A DNA stretch of 63,848 nucleotides, filler included, from Neolecta irregularis DAH-3 (GCA_001929475.1; 9 parts of 9 records of this genome joined end to end with filler, not necessarily neighbours in it); one strand, 5' to 3'. Shown: positions 36,885 through 52,725, numbered from the whole stretch's first letter. Notes: generated from the sequence alone by a model not told the origin. Made by a program: numbers and translations.

Positions 36885-37555
36885 AGTTATGTATGTGATC
36901 TCATCATGGGATGGGCCAGCTGTTATTGTCACATAGTTGCCTGAATCAAAGGGAAGGACCAATACCCGGGGAAAACTAGTTCGATCGGAATAATCATCTA
37001 GATCCAAATCATGATCGAGTACGGCAAAGAAATACTCGCTGGAAGAATAGGAAGTCATATCTCGGTATCCATCATATACCTTGAGAAAAAGCAATACAAG
37101 TTGATAAAAGGAAGTCGAAGATTGAGGACGATCAGCATTCCATGACTTGAGTGCGGAAATGAGTGGCTGCCGAGTAAGAATATCCGATTGCGAAACCGTC
37201 ATAGTACGTGATGGTATAGGACCCATTTTGCGTATATTGCGCCAATGACAAGCCTCATAGCAGAGTTCAAGAAATTTATCCAAGTGCGAGTATTCTTGGA
37301 CCGGGAGCAAGCCGCCATATCGATCCATTGCCATATTTAGCCAATCTTGGTATGGAATTTGGAGATAATTTTCAGACAATTTTGAAACAGTGGACACAAA
37401 ATCGTAATTGGTGGTGAGACTAGAACATGAGACGACTTTTCAAATCTCAATTTCATACTCATATAGTGACCGCAACTTATATCGTGGATCATTAGTATTA
37501 CCCATATTTCATGCTGATTCAAGAAAGTAGTGGCATTCGAGTTGATTTTCGACAT
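36885..37555 (-). CDS. Unidentified protein, 3' end truncated by gap
   Basis: Open frame of at least 170 aa running into the gap, with smaller ORFs upstream; no family recognised. Confidence 0.35.
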
Positions 37556-38864
37556 CTGTCAAAACGAAAGAGCGACAGAAATATGGGGCATCCAAGCAAC
37601 CTGTAGCACAAATTTCTTCGGGAGCTATTGTGGAACCCAAAGTGTCGGAGAGAACAGGCGTATGATCAGCTTGCAAGACAAATTTGAACATAGTAGCCTC
37701 AACCTCTGAAAGAATCGAGCTTCGGCTTTGCAATGGAAAACTTTGCGCACAACGCGATGAACATCAAAATCGACAACATGCTTTGTGATAAGTAGAAAAA
37801 AGTTTCACAGCGGATTTCTCTGGATTAATCATGACGGAAAGAGCAAATGGCTGATGCTCCCTCAGCGTGAATGTCCGAATGTGGGAATGTGCCATTCTCC
37901 ATTTGGGTGAGGCTGAATCCATCTGCAACAAAGCTCTGGATTAACCCCAACATGGGAGCGTAGCCCTGGGGCGCACATCGGGGAGGCAGTTGTACGTCGT
38001 GGATCTGGAGACGGGTTAGGGTCGGCGGACAGACGGCAGTGCTTGCAGTCAGGCAGCCAAGATAGCATTTACAATATATTCATCATTCAGTCTGCCAACT
38101 TGACTATATAATATTCACGTACTGGATCTGATTATAGTTTGAAATATCATGATGTAACAATATGGATAATATATAAAAATATAGAGATAATATGATTGTG
38201 ACCAATGACATGTCGGAGAGCAGCGCGCCGGAACGGATTGTATATCAAGACTCTATACGGTGCGGGTGCCAGATACGCGGCTGACGCAGATACTGGGAAT
38301 CTGCGCCGGCTATGGTGGACGGGGGAGGGGAGGTGCCGCGGGTGGACATTGAGTGGTTAGGGTTAGTTGAGCCGGTGAAGAAGTTTGCGGCAGAGGCCGG
38401 GCGGGGCGAGTATCTGCGGGGCGTGTGGGGCTGGAGGCGGGGCAGGGGGGCGTACGATCTGATATGGTTGGCTCTGAGTCAGAATCGATTGCAAATGAGC
38501 TCCAGGACAAGAAGGCAAGGAAAAGGGTATCAAAAAACCCCCGATTTGCCAATATTGAAAATATTCAACACAACAAAGGGCAAATTTCGTAGCTAGAGCA
38601 CCAGAATTAGAAGCTAAAAAACAGCAAGGGCATTAGAAAGAGCTAGTATTGATAGCTGCATGTTTGGATGGCAGCTAAACTTTGAACAGAATGTTGGGGA
38701 GACGGATATATGTGTCGCGCAAATTCTCTTGTGGTGGCCGGTTCTGGGTGGTGGCCGTTTCATCGCCGCTGAGCTTATGGTTTCGACTCAAGTCATTTCA
38801 GATATTAAACCAAACCTCCATCGCAACCCGTCCAGGACAAATCAATTGACATCTCTCCTTGATA

Positions 38865-41617
<2,753 letters not shown>

Positions 41618-41781
41618 GCAATATTTGTATTGCAAGTCCTACTCTGTATATCAAGTAGAAAGCCTGTTTCTGTTTGGATTTAGATGATTCAGATATGGAA
41701 TAACCAAAAATATTGTTCACTTGACAGTGTAGCTGCTATCAGTATACAAGTTATATACAAAGTCATTCTGCCTAAGATGCT

Positions 41782-43589
41782 CTAAAACTCGCCCAATTGA
41801 AAATCACCCAGATTCATCTGACTTGGAGGAAGGAAACCATGTTCCATTCCCATTGACTCAGCGGCGTCCATTGATTGCAGAGCGAATGAATCTCCTTGTA
41901 GACTGTTCATACCAGCTTGCATTGCGAGCTGATACCCCTCTGGCCCACCAATGTTCAAAGCATGCCGAAGTTGTTCTTGGACAGCATTCGTTTGCTTCTT
42001 GACTGTCAATCTGTCAAGGTAGAGCTGATGTCGAGCTTTCTCCAACTCGTGCCGCTCAGCATCCAATAAGGCTTCTAGCTGGTCAAATTGTTTAAGCTTG
42101 AGATCAATTTTGCGAAGCTGAGCAGTCACCGCCGATGACACCAACCGCGACATCTCGCGTTCCTCGAATGTTGCGAGAATATGCGCTCTAGCAGCGGCAG
42201 ATCCTAGGGCAACCGAAGCCGCCTTTTCTACAATGTTTTGCTTCCCATCACCATCAACATCCATACCATCCGACTCGACGGCAACGCCATTATTATCTTT
42301 ATTTTCAGTCTTCTTTTTCAGATCCTTCATAAGTTCCGTCAACGCTGTTTGTGAGGCGGCGGCCGCGACGGCCGGATCAACGACGCTAGCAAGAAATGCA
42401 ACAACACTCATAACTGGATTATCGCCTTTCGAAAAGGGTATATGTTCGCCGGTCAGACCAGATAGCTCATCTTCTTTCGATTCAAGATACGGATCTTCGA
42501 TGGGAAGTTGAAGAAATTTCATAACGCACTGCTCCCGAGTTCGCGTTCCAACATGTTCTGCAATCGCATTCCAATCCTCCTCATACATTTCCAGTCCTTC
42601 TAGCAAAAGTAAACTTTCTTGATCACTCCATTCTTCATCCTTGTCGGTCTTCAATTTCGATTCCTCCATTCGGACGAAATCGCAGCTGTGAGAAGTGCTC
42701 GGGAAGCGTCCTTCCATATAACAATTTGGGCATAATTCGAATCTCTTGTTCTTAAGACTATGGTAACGAACTCGACTGCAGTCTACGCCGCAGGTGTAGC
42801 AATTATATTGTTTTCGACCTTCGGTTGCATCGACTGTACCGTTTACTGTGGATGTCTTAGTAACAGAACGCTCGTTATAGATATCTTTTCGCAGCTCCAT
42901 GTTGAGATCTGAAATTGGTTGACGAGAAACTTTCTCAGTAGAAAGATGTGACTTCCCAGGAGTAATAGCATCATTTAGACCGGGTTGGAATGGTTGCAGA
43001 CCTCGTGGGGTGTCTGCAGTGATTCTGAAATGACCAGTAAATGGGGGACCTATTGAGGATGGTCTCGTTTCAGGATCAATCTTGAAGAATAAGCAAAATT
43101 AAGAAGCATATATACTTGATAATTGATGAGGCCCCATTGCTCGAGAAAGGCGTGAACACGCATGATGGCACAGACATCACCTGCCAGATTCCTACGACAA
43201 GCGGTGACTGTGAGATATTCCGGGGGGTTTAGACGATAGGTATTAATCATAAAATCGCGATAGTCCTTGTAGACAGTTGGTGTCTTGGACCTGTTGCGGT
43301 TGTTGAAGAATTCCGGCAACGATCTGGTCTCAATATCGTTGATTTTGGCCATGTCGAACCATGCTGCATATGATGGGATGATCACTTGGTGGGTCTGTTC
43401 GACAAGAAAGGCCCGAGCAGCATCCTCGAGCTTTTTGCGTTGAATGTCGACTTCTTCATCTTCCTTGACCATCAAGAGTTCGGGTTCGACGCGAGTAGTG
43501 GAATCCGACGTGGAAGCCGGCCGCTCTTCGCCATTTGTAACGAGAGACTGGATGTTTGAGGCATCGGGAGTGTCCATGTCCATGTCCAT
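41782..43589 (-). CDS. ssr2: SWI/SNF-RSC subunit Swi3/Rsc8 (Ssr2): SWIRM, ZZ and SANT domains
   Basis: [50 protein letters not shown]. Confidence 0.94.
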
Positions 43590-44153
43590 GCCGATAAAAC
43601 AGAACTGGGCTGGTGTTTTATTCGGGGGTGAGTGCAGAGTGCTACGAGGCACGTGACAACCTAACCTCCATGTTGTTGTTCCTCCACGTGTCTTAAATGG
43701 ACTATGCGTTTCCCCAGACTGATTTTCGGTTGCCCCTGAATACATGAAACACAGCCAATGATTACATACAAGAGCAGCTGCATGCGCGGCATCTAGATCA
43801 AGCGTAGTCCGTGGTATCAAACAAGAGGAATGTGCCTGTAATAGATTGCAGTTGTTCTCACCAGTATTCTCAGTGTCAAGCGAGACGCGGCTGACAGATC
43901 TTCTCCATGAGTAATGGCAAATGTGTTTCTATGTTGCATGTTGCTGGTGCATCTCCATTCTAAACCAGTCTTTCTTTCGAGAGGGCGACCATGTGTGCCT
44001 GATGACAGTGAGAGTGGGTCTACAAGCCGACAAATCCGAAACTGAAAGCCTGATTATATATGGAGATTGTCCTTTTTTTAGGTGGGATGGAAGGAGAGTC
44101 TGCTTTTTTACACCCGTCTACTCCACACACTACTCCCGCGGGATCGCATTTCT

Positions 44154-45358
44154 ATGATCACTGCCCGTTATGTATCGGTACTGTGCAAACCCAAAACTGC
44201 TTCGCGCTTTGCAGCAACTCTAGCCTTTCTCGAACATCAGCACTCTTTATTCAATCCCGCGAGTCTCTCTGCTCTCACCGCCGCCTGCTCTCTAAAACAT
44301 CCCGTCACCGTCCTGGTCACTGGTTCGCAAGCAGGAAACATTGCAAAACAAGCTGTAAACCTGGAAGGGGTTGCAAAGATTCTCTGTGTAGAAGACAGCC
44401 AGTACGATAAAGGCCTGCCGGAGAATCTTGCCAATCTCCTCGTACAAGTCATTAAAACAGGCAATTTCTCGCATGTCTTCTCTGCACACAGTGCTACAGG
44501 TAAAAATGTTATGCCTCGCGTCTCCGCTCTCCTCGATGTGCAGCAATTGAGCGATATAACGGCGATCCTGGATGACAATACCTTCACCCGCCCAATTTAC
44601 GCAGGTTCGTCTTCTCTACTCAGACTACTCTACTCAAACTCGTAGGAAACGCAATCTTGACTACACAGAGCCAGGACCCTATTAAAGTAATCACTGTAAG
44701 AGCAACTTCGTTCACTGCAGCAAAACCGGGAGATTCACAAGCATCTGTTGAACACATCCAGAGCCCTCAATCATCACAACAGTCAGAATGGATTAGCGAA
44801 AATCTGGCTTTTACTGAAAGACCAGATCTGGGAAGTGCTTCGAGAGTTGTCAGTGGTGGTCGAGCAGTCAAGACTAAGGACAATTTTGACAAGGTGATCG
44901 TACCACTCGCTGATGCTCTTGGTGCCGCTATTGGTGCAAGTCGCGCTGCTGTTGATGCGGGCTACGCGGACAATTCCTTACAAGTCGGACAAACGGGCAA
45001 GATAGTGGGTTCTTCACCTTGAAAATTGTTGTCTCTGATCTGAAGCACCGGAACTTTATATTGCCGTAGGCATCAGTGGAGCGATTCAGGTATTTTCTCG
45101 GAAACTGAGCAAATGCTCACTGATAGCATCTGGCAGGCATGAAGGATAGCAAGACAATCGTGGCAATTAATAAAGGTATGTTGAATCTATAGACTAGTTC
45201 TCTGAAATGTAGATGCTGATGCGCCCATATTCCAGATAAGTCTTCCTATTCCCTATATACACGTAGCATGTACTGACCTGGAGTACGTTGCTGATTTTGG
45301 GCTTGTGGCAGATTTATTTGAAGCGGTTCCTGAGCTGACAGAGAAACTCAAATCATAA
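44154..45358 (+). CDS. ETFA: Electron transfer flavoprotein alpha subunit, 5 introns
   Basis: [74 protein letters not shown]. Confidence 0.96.
45236..45286 (+). other. Candidate AT-AC intron (51 nt) with U2-type signals
   Basis: CAG|ATAAGT...TACTGAC CTGGAGTAC|GTT. Removing it restores the conserved [11 protein letters not shown] exactly. Confidence 0.72.
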
Positions 45359-45477
45359 ATGCAAATATTGATTAATAACACTTGAAACGCGAATTTAGTA
45401 AAATCCAACCACCATACATTCCTTCCCGACATTTTCTTCATTCATTCGCTCAATCGTATCGTATATATTTATATGCC

Positions 45478-48425
45478 ATGCTCTCCGAGGTCTTGGAAAC
45501 CAATGTTGCTACCAAGCCCTTGGAGTCTGCAGAAAATCGCGTGCCTTTGGAAATACCATTAATCAGAGCTACTTCCGCCCAAACCCACAATCATAAATAC
45601 CCGATCAATAACATGATTAAAGAGGAGCAAAAAGTAGAGGAAGAGCAGGAAAATGCGCAAGAAGAGCCAGCAAAAACGGCCCCGGTTTACTCTACGATCG
45701 TAGCCGTAGCTTACTTTAGGCAGCAAACTCTTTTTATGTAAACGAGGGAACAAAAAGAGTACTCTTTATTATCGAGCGCTCCAAGGTTTATAGCAATTTT
45801 GTCGCAGAACAAATGCTTCGTCTCTCCAATCGAACCCACATGACAGAGGAAGCAATTGAACAGAAACAAAAACGCAAAGAAGAGCGGGAGGCGAAGAAAA
45901 CTACTACCTCCTCTAGGAAAAGCACTCGAAATTCCGCTAGCGCTACTCAATCGAAATCTAACGGAAGTACCAGCAATAGCAAAAGGTCCGCTGCAGGAAG
46001 AAATATCAAGAAAAATGTGACTCTACTCTCACAAGAAGTTGATCTCGACGTTGTTTCCCCAGTTGATTGTTGTTTTAATGTTTTTAGGTAATTAAAAAGG
46101 CTCAAGTTGCCCAGACTGCAAAAGAGGCACTCGAGATTGGGGCCAAAGAAGAAAAGGATTCTAATATGGAAGGAATGACCAAGCCTACAAAAGGAACCCG
46201 TCAGCCGGAACTCGTCACTGGTGGTACCATGAAAGACTATCAGCTTGCTGGTCTTGAGTGGTTGATTTCACTATACGAAAACGGATTGAACGGCATCCTT
46301 GCAGACGAAATGGGTCTCGGCAAAACTTTGCAGACTATATCTTTTTTCGCATTCCTTCGCAGTAAACAGATCTATGGACCTTTCTTGGTTGTCGCTCCTC
46401 TATCGACACTTTCTAACTGGATCAATGAGTTTGAAAGATTTACCCCAGATATTCCGGTGTTGATGTATTATGGACCACCCCCAGAACGTCAGCAATTACG
46501 TACCGAATATCTGACTCGAACTGGTTCCGATTTTCCAGTAGTAGTCACTTCATACGAAATGATTATGCGAGATCGTCCCATGTTGAATAAATTGAAGTGG
46601 AAATATATAGTCATTGACGAGGGTCATCGGATCAAGAACTTGGACTGCAAGTTAGTGCGTGAATTGTCAACTTATCAGTCCGCCAACAGGCTATTGCTCA
46701 CGGGAACACCTTTACAGGTATCGTTGATCTAGCTCACTATGCTAATTCTCAGAATAATTTAACTGAACTATGGAGTTTATTGCATTTCCTGCTACCCGAT
46801 ATATTTGCTCTTCAGGATCTTGATTATTTTCTGAGTTGGTATGTTTTTTGATAACTATTTCCTGATGTCAAGGTTTGATTTTTCTGCGCTCCACACTGAA
46901 GGTGGCATGGATCAGATTCTTGATCAAGAACATCAAAACAAGATTGTTTCAAATCTTCATCAGATTTTGAAACCTTTCTTGCTACGGCGACTCAAGTGTG
47001 ATGGTATTTTGCCTCTTTGCTTTGACTCATGACACATAGTCGAACTTTCACTGCCGAAAAAACGCGAGTATATAATATATGCACCTTTGACTCCCAAACA
47101 AGTAGAACTTTACGAGAGTACTATAAATCACCAAATACGAGAACTTCTCACAGCTCAAATGGATAGCCGAAATTCGCCTGCTCCATCCGCCGCTAGTAGC
47201 CGAAAACGTAAATTCGAGGATGATACATCGGATACCGATTCTCTCCCAAGCAGTAAACGGCCAAGAACGCAATTATGTTACAGAGAATTAAATGATGAAG
47301 AGTGGTTTACACAAATGGAAGCCCTTGTGAACAGTGCTCCTCGAGAAGCGGATACAGAGACATTAAATCCTGATACAAAAATCACGACAAGTATGTTGAC
47401 ATAGTCTTTTTATTTTCCAATATTTTAGAAAAGCGAATAGCCAGCCTGAGACTTCAAAATCTCCTTATGCAATTGCGCAAAGTATCAAATCATCCTTACC
47501 TCTTTGACTGGCCGACTGTTGGGGATACAGATCTACTACTCCTCGATGAAAAGCTTTTAGAATCATCAGGCAAAATGATTTTGTTGGACCGATTGTTGAC
47601 CGCTTTGCTTGAACGAGACCACAAAGTATTGATATTCAGTCAGTTTACTACGATGCTTAATATCATTGAACTTTGGGCTGAAGATCTCAAATTCTGGAAA
47701 GTTTGTCGTATTGACGGGGATATTAAGCAGGAAGATCGTCGTCAAGAGATCCAAAATTTCAATACAGATCCCTCTATCCGTATCTTTTTACTTTCAACCC
47801 GAGCTGGTGGTCTCGGGATTAACTTGGCTGCAGCAGATACTGTGATCATCTTTGACTCGGACTGGGTATCTATGTTCTTTGCATCTTTTAATCTATATAG
47901 AATCCACAACAAGATATACAGGCACAGGACCGTGCACACAGAATTGGGCAAACTAGGGTTAATCACTTGCATTTTTCACTGCATATTCGCTAAATCAATA
48001 GCCAGTCATTGTCTACAGATTCATATCCGCAAACACAGTCGAAAGCAAAATTCTCGCAAGGGCAACCGCAAAACGAAGATTGGAAAAACTAGTCATTCAA
48101 AAAGGAAAATTCCAATCATTCATTCCTGTCAAAAAGACCGAACAAGAATCATTTAATGAATTATCAGAATTGTTAAAACGAGACGATTCCGAGAAATTTA
48201 TTGTGGAGAATGTGAAGGATCAGATTTTAAGTGATGCCCAGATTGATATACTTTTAGACAGAAGGTACCCGGTATTGCTTGAAGAGAATCTGCTAAAAGA
48301 AATCTAGTGATGAAGCATATGAACAAGCACTGGCTGGTAAAGATGTTGTTGATAAGCGGTTTCAAGTGGTAAAGGAGCAAATCAATGATGATTCACTCGG
48401 TATCAAAACCGAAAAAGAGGAATAG
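45478..48425 (+). CDS. SNF2-family chromatin remodeller, HELLS/LSH/DDM1/Irc5 subfamily
   Basis: QPELVTGG.MKDYQLAGLEWLISLYENGLNGILADEMGLGKT, DEGHRIKN, LLSTRAGGLGINL, KRRLEKLVIQKG. No HAND-SANT-SLIDE or bromodomain tail. Confidence 0.88.
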
Positions 48426-48434
48426 TATTCATTT

Positions 48435-49981
48435 TTATTTTTCAGTATGTATTGCACGTTTGAGCATTCCACAAAAACTTTGAAAAAGCAAGGGTTCAGT
48501 TCCTTGAAGCCATTTTGTAAAAATTGTTGAAGTGTCATCGAGAATGTTGAATTGAATTTTGATTTTTACGCGCATGACTGGTTCTTTTGCTGCTGTTACT
48601 GATACTCCTCTGCTTGCAGATCGTCGGGCAGCTCGGGACCATGTATTTCCAAAGATCTCTGCACATCCTTCAAGATGGTGAGATGACCAGGTCCATTGGA
48701 GCTGATTTCGCCGAATTATGAGATTGATTGTATTAATCCAAGTCTGTTTGGTAAACCCTTTAGGACATGAAATTTTAAATTCTGTAGATGGAGGAAGAAG
48801 AGATGATAGTGAACCGACTGGTGGATGAACGATTATCTTTCAATTAGCCAAGTAGCTTTTCTATCGCTTACATTGGAAGGCCGTCGATCGCTAAATGACC
48901 ACGCTACAACCCATCTTTTTGTACGATTACCCTGCATAACCGTTCCCAAAGCATAGTTGCTGATCTAATAAATCAGTAAACGAAAATACCCCAAAAAAAC
49001 GTTTTCTTCTTTCAGTTTTTCAACGATAATTGTTAGCGATGATAATTTTCCTAGTATCGAGGTGAACCATTGTATCTTATCCCTTACAGCTTTGCTCTCT
49101 TCAATCATTCTAGCTACGAATGCAGCTTCTCCGCCTGGCGTAATCATCTCGCTTTCAGAACCGGTACAAGAACTGAATGCAGGATACGATTTCTCACGAG
49201 CTGACTGCAACATTTCCTCGACAGATTCATAAAATGGAGGGTTACACATGGTAAAATCGAGTCTATTCTTGTGAAATTACCCGTTTTCACTATTATACCT
49301 GTCTATTTTGAATTCAAGTAATGGGAATAAGGATGTTTCTTTTAATGTGAAAAGAAGCTTGATTTGTGATTCCAAGTGATTCCGTTCAACGTTTGCGACT
49401 GCATAATTATACGATTTTTCATCAATATCTATAAAGTCAATATTATATTGCAAGAAACACTAAACCGGTCCCATATACTTTCCATTTCGGCCTAGTCTTG
49501 CAGGCCAAAATAGGATATATACACGTTGATCCGGCGCCTATATCCAGTCCACTGACATCTCGTTCAAGATCATAATCGAAATCATCGGTTGATGGATCAG
49601 TCGAGTCAACAAGATCTTGAATCCATAGAATATAGTCGAGTCTCCCTGGAACCTTGATTTAACAATCTGTTTGATTATATTGGAATACTGGAGGGCATAG
49701 TCTATCTTGAGGGATCTCGAGGTCGACTCCAAAATCACGTTTCATAAGACATCGTGTCAATTCACTGTGAACCATGTTAAACCCTGGAGACATCGATTCT
49801 TACACGAGCGCTTTAGGGTTGTTGAAATCAATGGTTAAACGGCCGGGTTCACATTCAACAACACTTTCTGCTCCACAATCCATATAAATGGAAACGGTAC
49901 ATACTATGGTGCGAATTCCGGATATTTATTAGCAAGTTCTGAAAAAGCTGGTGGTGAAGAATATGGATTTCGAGGGTGCAT
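48435..49981 (-). CDS. mtl16: METTL16/RlmF-family RNA m6A methyltransferase (U6 snRNA methylase), 7 introns
   Basis: MHPRNPY start, [47 protein letters not shown]. Confidence 0.9.
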
Positions 49982-50026
49982 GTTGATATAGACTGTATTT
50001 TACTTTTTTTAAAACTGCGACGACGG

Positions 50027-51642
50027 ATGCCGACTGTTCGTTTATCTGTGCCGCGAATTGGAATAGTTGGTTCGGGACCTGCTGGTTTCTATACGGCGTA
50101 TAAACTGCTCGGTCTTGTTCAAAATGCAATTGTTGATATGTATGAGGCTCTGCCTGTGCCTTTTGGTTTAGTCAGATACGGAGTCGCTCCAGACCATGCA
50201 CAAGTCAAAGTCAAAAATCCCACATTGTCAGAAGAATGCTGAGACCGTTGTTAGAATTGTAGGCATAAATTCGAAGAGGTTGCGTCGTCTTCGAGGTTTA
50301 ATTTTATTGGAAATATCTCAGTCGGTCGGGATATCAGTCTTTCAGAGATGAAAATGGCTTACCACGGTCTTGTACTGGCATATGGAGCGTCAAAGGACAA
50401 AAAACTCGGGATTGAAGGTGAAAATACTCTTAATGGTGTATATTCTGCCAGATCCTTCGTTGGATGGTACAACGGGTTGCCTGAATTTCGCAATCTTGAA
50501 CCGAGTCTCAAGTGTGGAGATGTTGCAACGATAATAGGTCAAGGTAACGTTGCTCTGGATATTGCGCGGATTCTTCTTTGTGATTTCGATCATCTGCGGA
50601 AAACGGATATACCAGAGTACGCTCTCCAGGCATTACACCAAAGCAAAATTAGAAATGTGAGGATTGTTGGAAGACGGGGGCTATTGCAAGTCTCGTTATA
50701 CTTTAATTATGTACTGATAACTAGGCAGCATTTACCGTGAAGGAACTTCGAGAACTGTCACGCCTCTCAAATGTCACTTTTGTGTCTGCGGGCGTCATAC
50801 CAACTGTTTCTGAGAGCGGGGACTTGACTCGAGCGCAGAGACGTATGATTGAGTTGATGAATAGTCTTGTGAGCAATAGTGCTCTGGCAAGGTCGTGGTC
50901 GCTAGACTTTCTGCGGTCACCGCGCAAACTGCTTGCAAAAGAAGCCGATTCTAAAAGCCTCGGTTCTGTTGAGTATGAAGTGAATATGCTGCAGTCTGAT
51001 GGCAATGGAAAAGTTGGAGCTGTGGGCACGGGAACATTCGTGATGGAACCAACTGATTTGTTGTTTAAAAGTATAGGGTACCAAAGCAAACCACTTGAAG
51101 GGTACCAGGAGATTTCTCTTCCATTTGATGTACGGAGAGGATTTGTTCCGAATGTCTCCGGAAAGGTCATTGATCCAGTGAGTGGAGATTTCTTGCCGGG
51201 GGTGTATGTCAGCGGGTGGGTCAAGCGAGGGCCGACTGGGGTCATTGCAAGCACAATGCAGGATGCGTTTGAAACGGCGGAGAGGGTTGCTTTGGACTGG
51301 ATGGAAAGAGGTTTGTTTCTCCAGCCAAAGGAAGAAGCGTGCGGGGGATGGGAAGAGTTGAGGGAAGTTACGGCGAGACGAGGGCTGTTTCCTGTCTCGT
51401 GGCAAGGATGGAAAAAGATCGATGCGGCAGAAGTGCAGAGAGGGGCGATAGCAGGAAAGGAACGAGAAAAGGTTGTGAATGTGCAAGATATGCTGAATAT
51501 ACTTGAAGATTACCGCGGTTGTCAGAGATTCAACAGTTTTTCTACTTCCTCGGCGATAGCGAGTGCACTTGTCAGCCCAGGTGATTCTATGCCGAGGAGG
51601 TTGACGATGCCGGGTTGTGGGTCCTGTATGATAAAGTCGTGA
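50027..51642 (+). CDS. ARH1: NADPH:adrenodoxin oxidoreductase
   Basis: [50 protein letters not shown]. Confidence 0.95.
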
Positions 51643-52725
51643 AACGATCCGGGAGGACCGAGCTTTGGGCGAATACCCGCATAATCGGGGCGCAGGTGAT
51701 GACCTCTAATGCTGCGCATGTAACGCGAAATAGCAATTACGGCCTCCTGGATGCGGGAAGATTGGAGGGTATAGTCATCAGGATTATCGATCTACAGGTC
51801 AACGTAGCCCAAACAAATGCCGTGCCCATTCTGTATCCGGCCCAAAACGGATTTGCCCGGCAGTGTCGAGTGTCAGATGGATGCCCAGGCCCGCGAGATC
51901 TTTGTTTGGACATCTGGAGTCAGCACATACAACCAGGGGCGAACAACGGATATATAAGGTGCTTGGGCCTCGCAGGGCCCGAGTATGCGAAATAAGTGCC
52001 TTTGCAGTAGTGTGGCGTAAATTTCTCCAGACTGGTAAGATTTGCCAAGCGGCAGCTGTCGTGTCCGGCTGCATTGACTACACAGTCTGCAGATATTGAA
52101 ATGGATGGGAGGTCACCGCAGGATACATCGAGGATCCATCCGCTACCCACATCTGCCCGACGGATCCCTGTCACGGTAGAACCAAAGGCTATGTCAGCGC
52201 TGTGCGTTTGCACATCTGCAAGAAGTGCCGCAATAAGGGCGCTGGTATCGACAATTGCGGTATTGGGTGACAGCAGCACTGCTTCGCCGGCACAAATGTC
52301 TGGCTCTAGCATGAGAAGGCGCCCGCGGGTGAGGAACTGCGTGGGGACTGCGAGTGCACTCGCATGCGCATGGAGGTTATGCAAAAACGCAGCCTCTGGT
52401 TGTGACTGGGCAACAACTAGTTTTCCCACACGATGAAAAGGGATATCGCGGGTCTCACAAAATGTTTGAAGCAGCGCGGCCCCTCGGAGACAAAGACGAG
52501 TCTTGAGCGAGTCTGTACTCAGACTAGCTCGTAGACAAGAAACGTACTGGGCGGATGGTACAACCCAGCATGGACAATTCCCGAGTTGCGGGCCGAAGTT
52601 AGGGTGGCAGGTGCAGGTAGTCGTTCGAGGAGTAGCGTGGGCGTGCGTGCAGCCAGCGCGCGAGCAACGCTGATTCCGACTACGCCTGCCCCGATGACTG
52701 CAGCCCCAAAGTCTAGTTTGGGCAT
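51522..52725 (-). CDS. L-2-hydroxyglutarate dehydrogenase-like FAD oxidoreductase, 3 introns
   Basis: [57 protein letters not shown]. Confidence 0.92.

Noticed and set aside
43645-43695. CACGTG(AC) E-box/CDEI motifs between Ssr2 and ETF-alpha (also ATCACGTGAT at 61341)
   Set aside because: Short motifs expected by chance, with no CDEII/III structure or other support.
45236-45286. U12-type (minor spliceosome) classification of the AT-AC intron
   Set aside because: It lacks the ATATCCT donor and TCCTTAAC branch site; ATAAGT and TACTGAC are U2-type signals.
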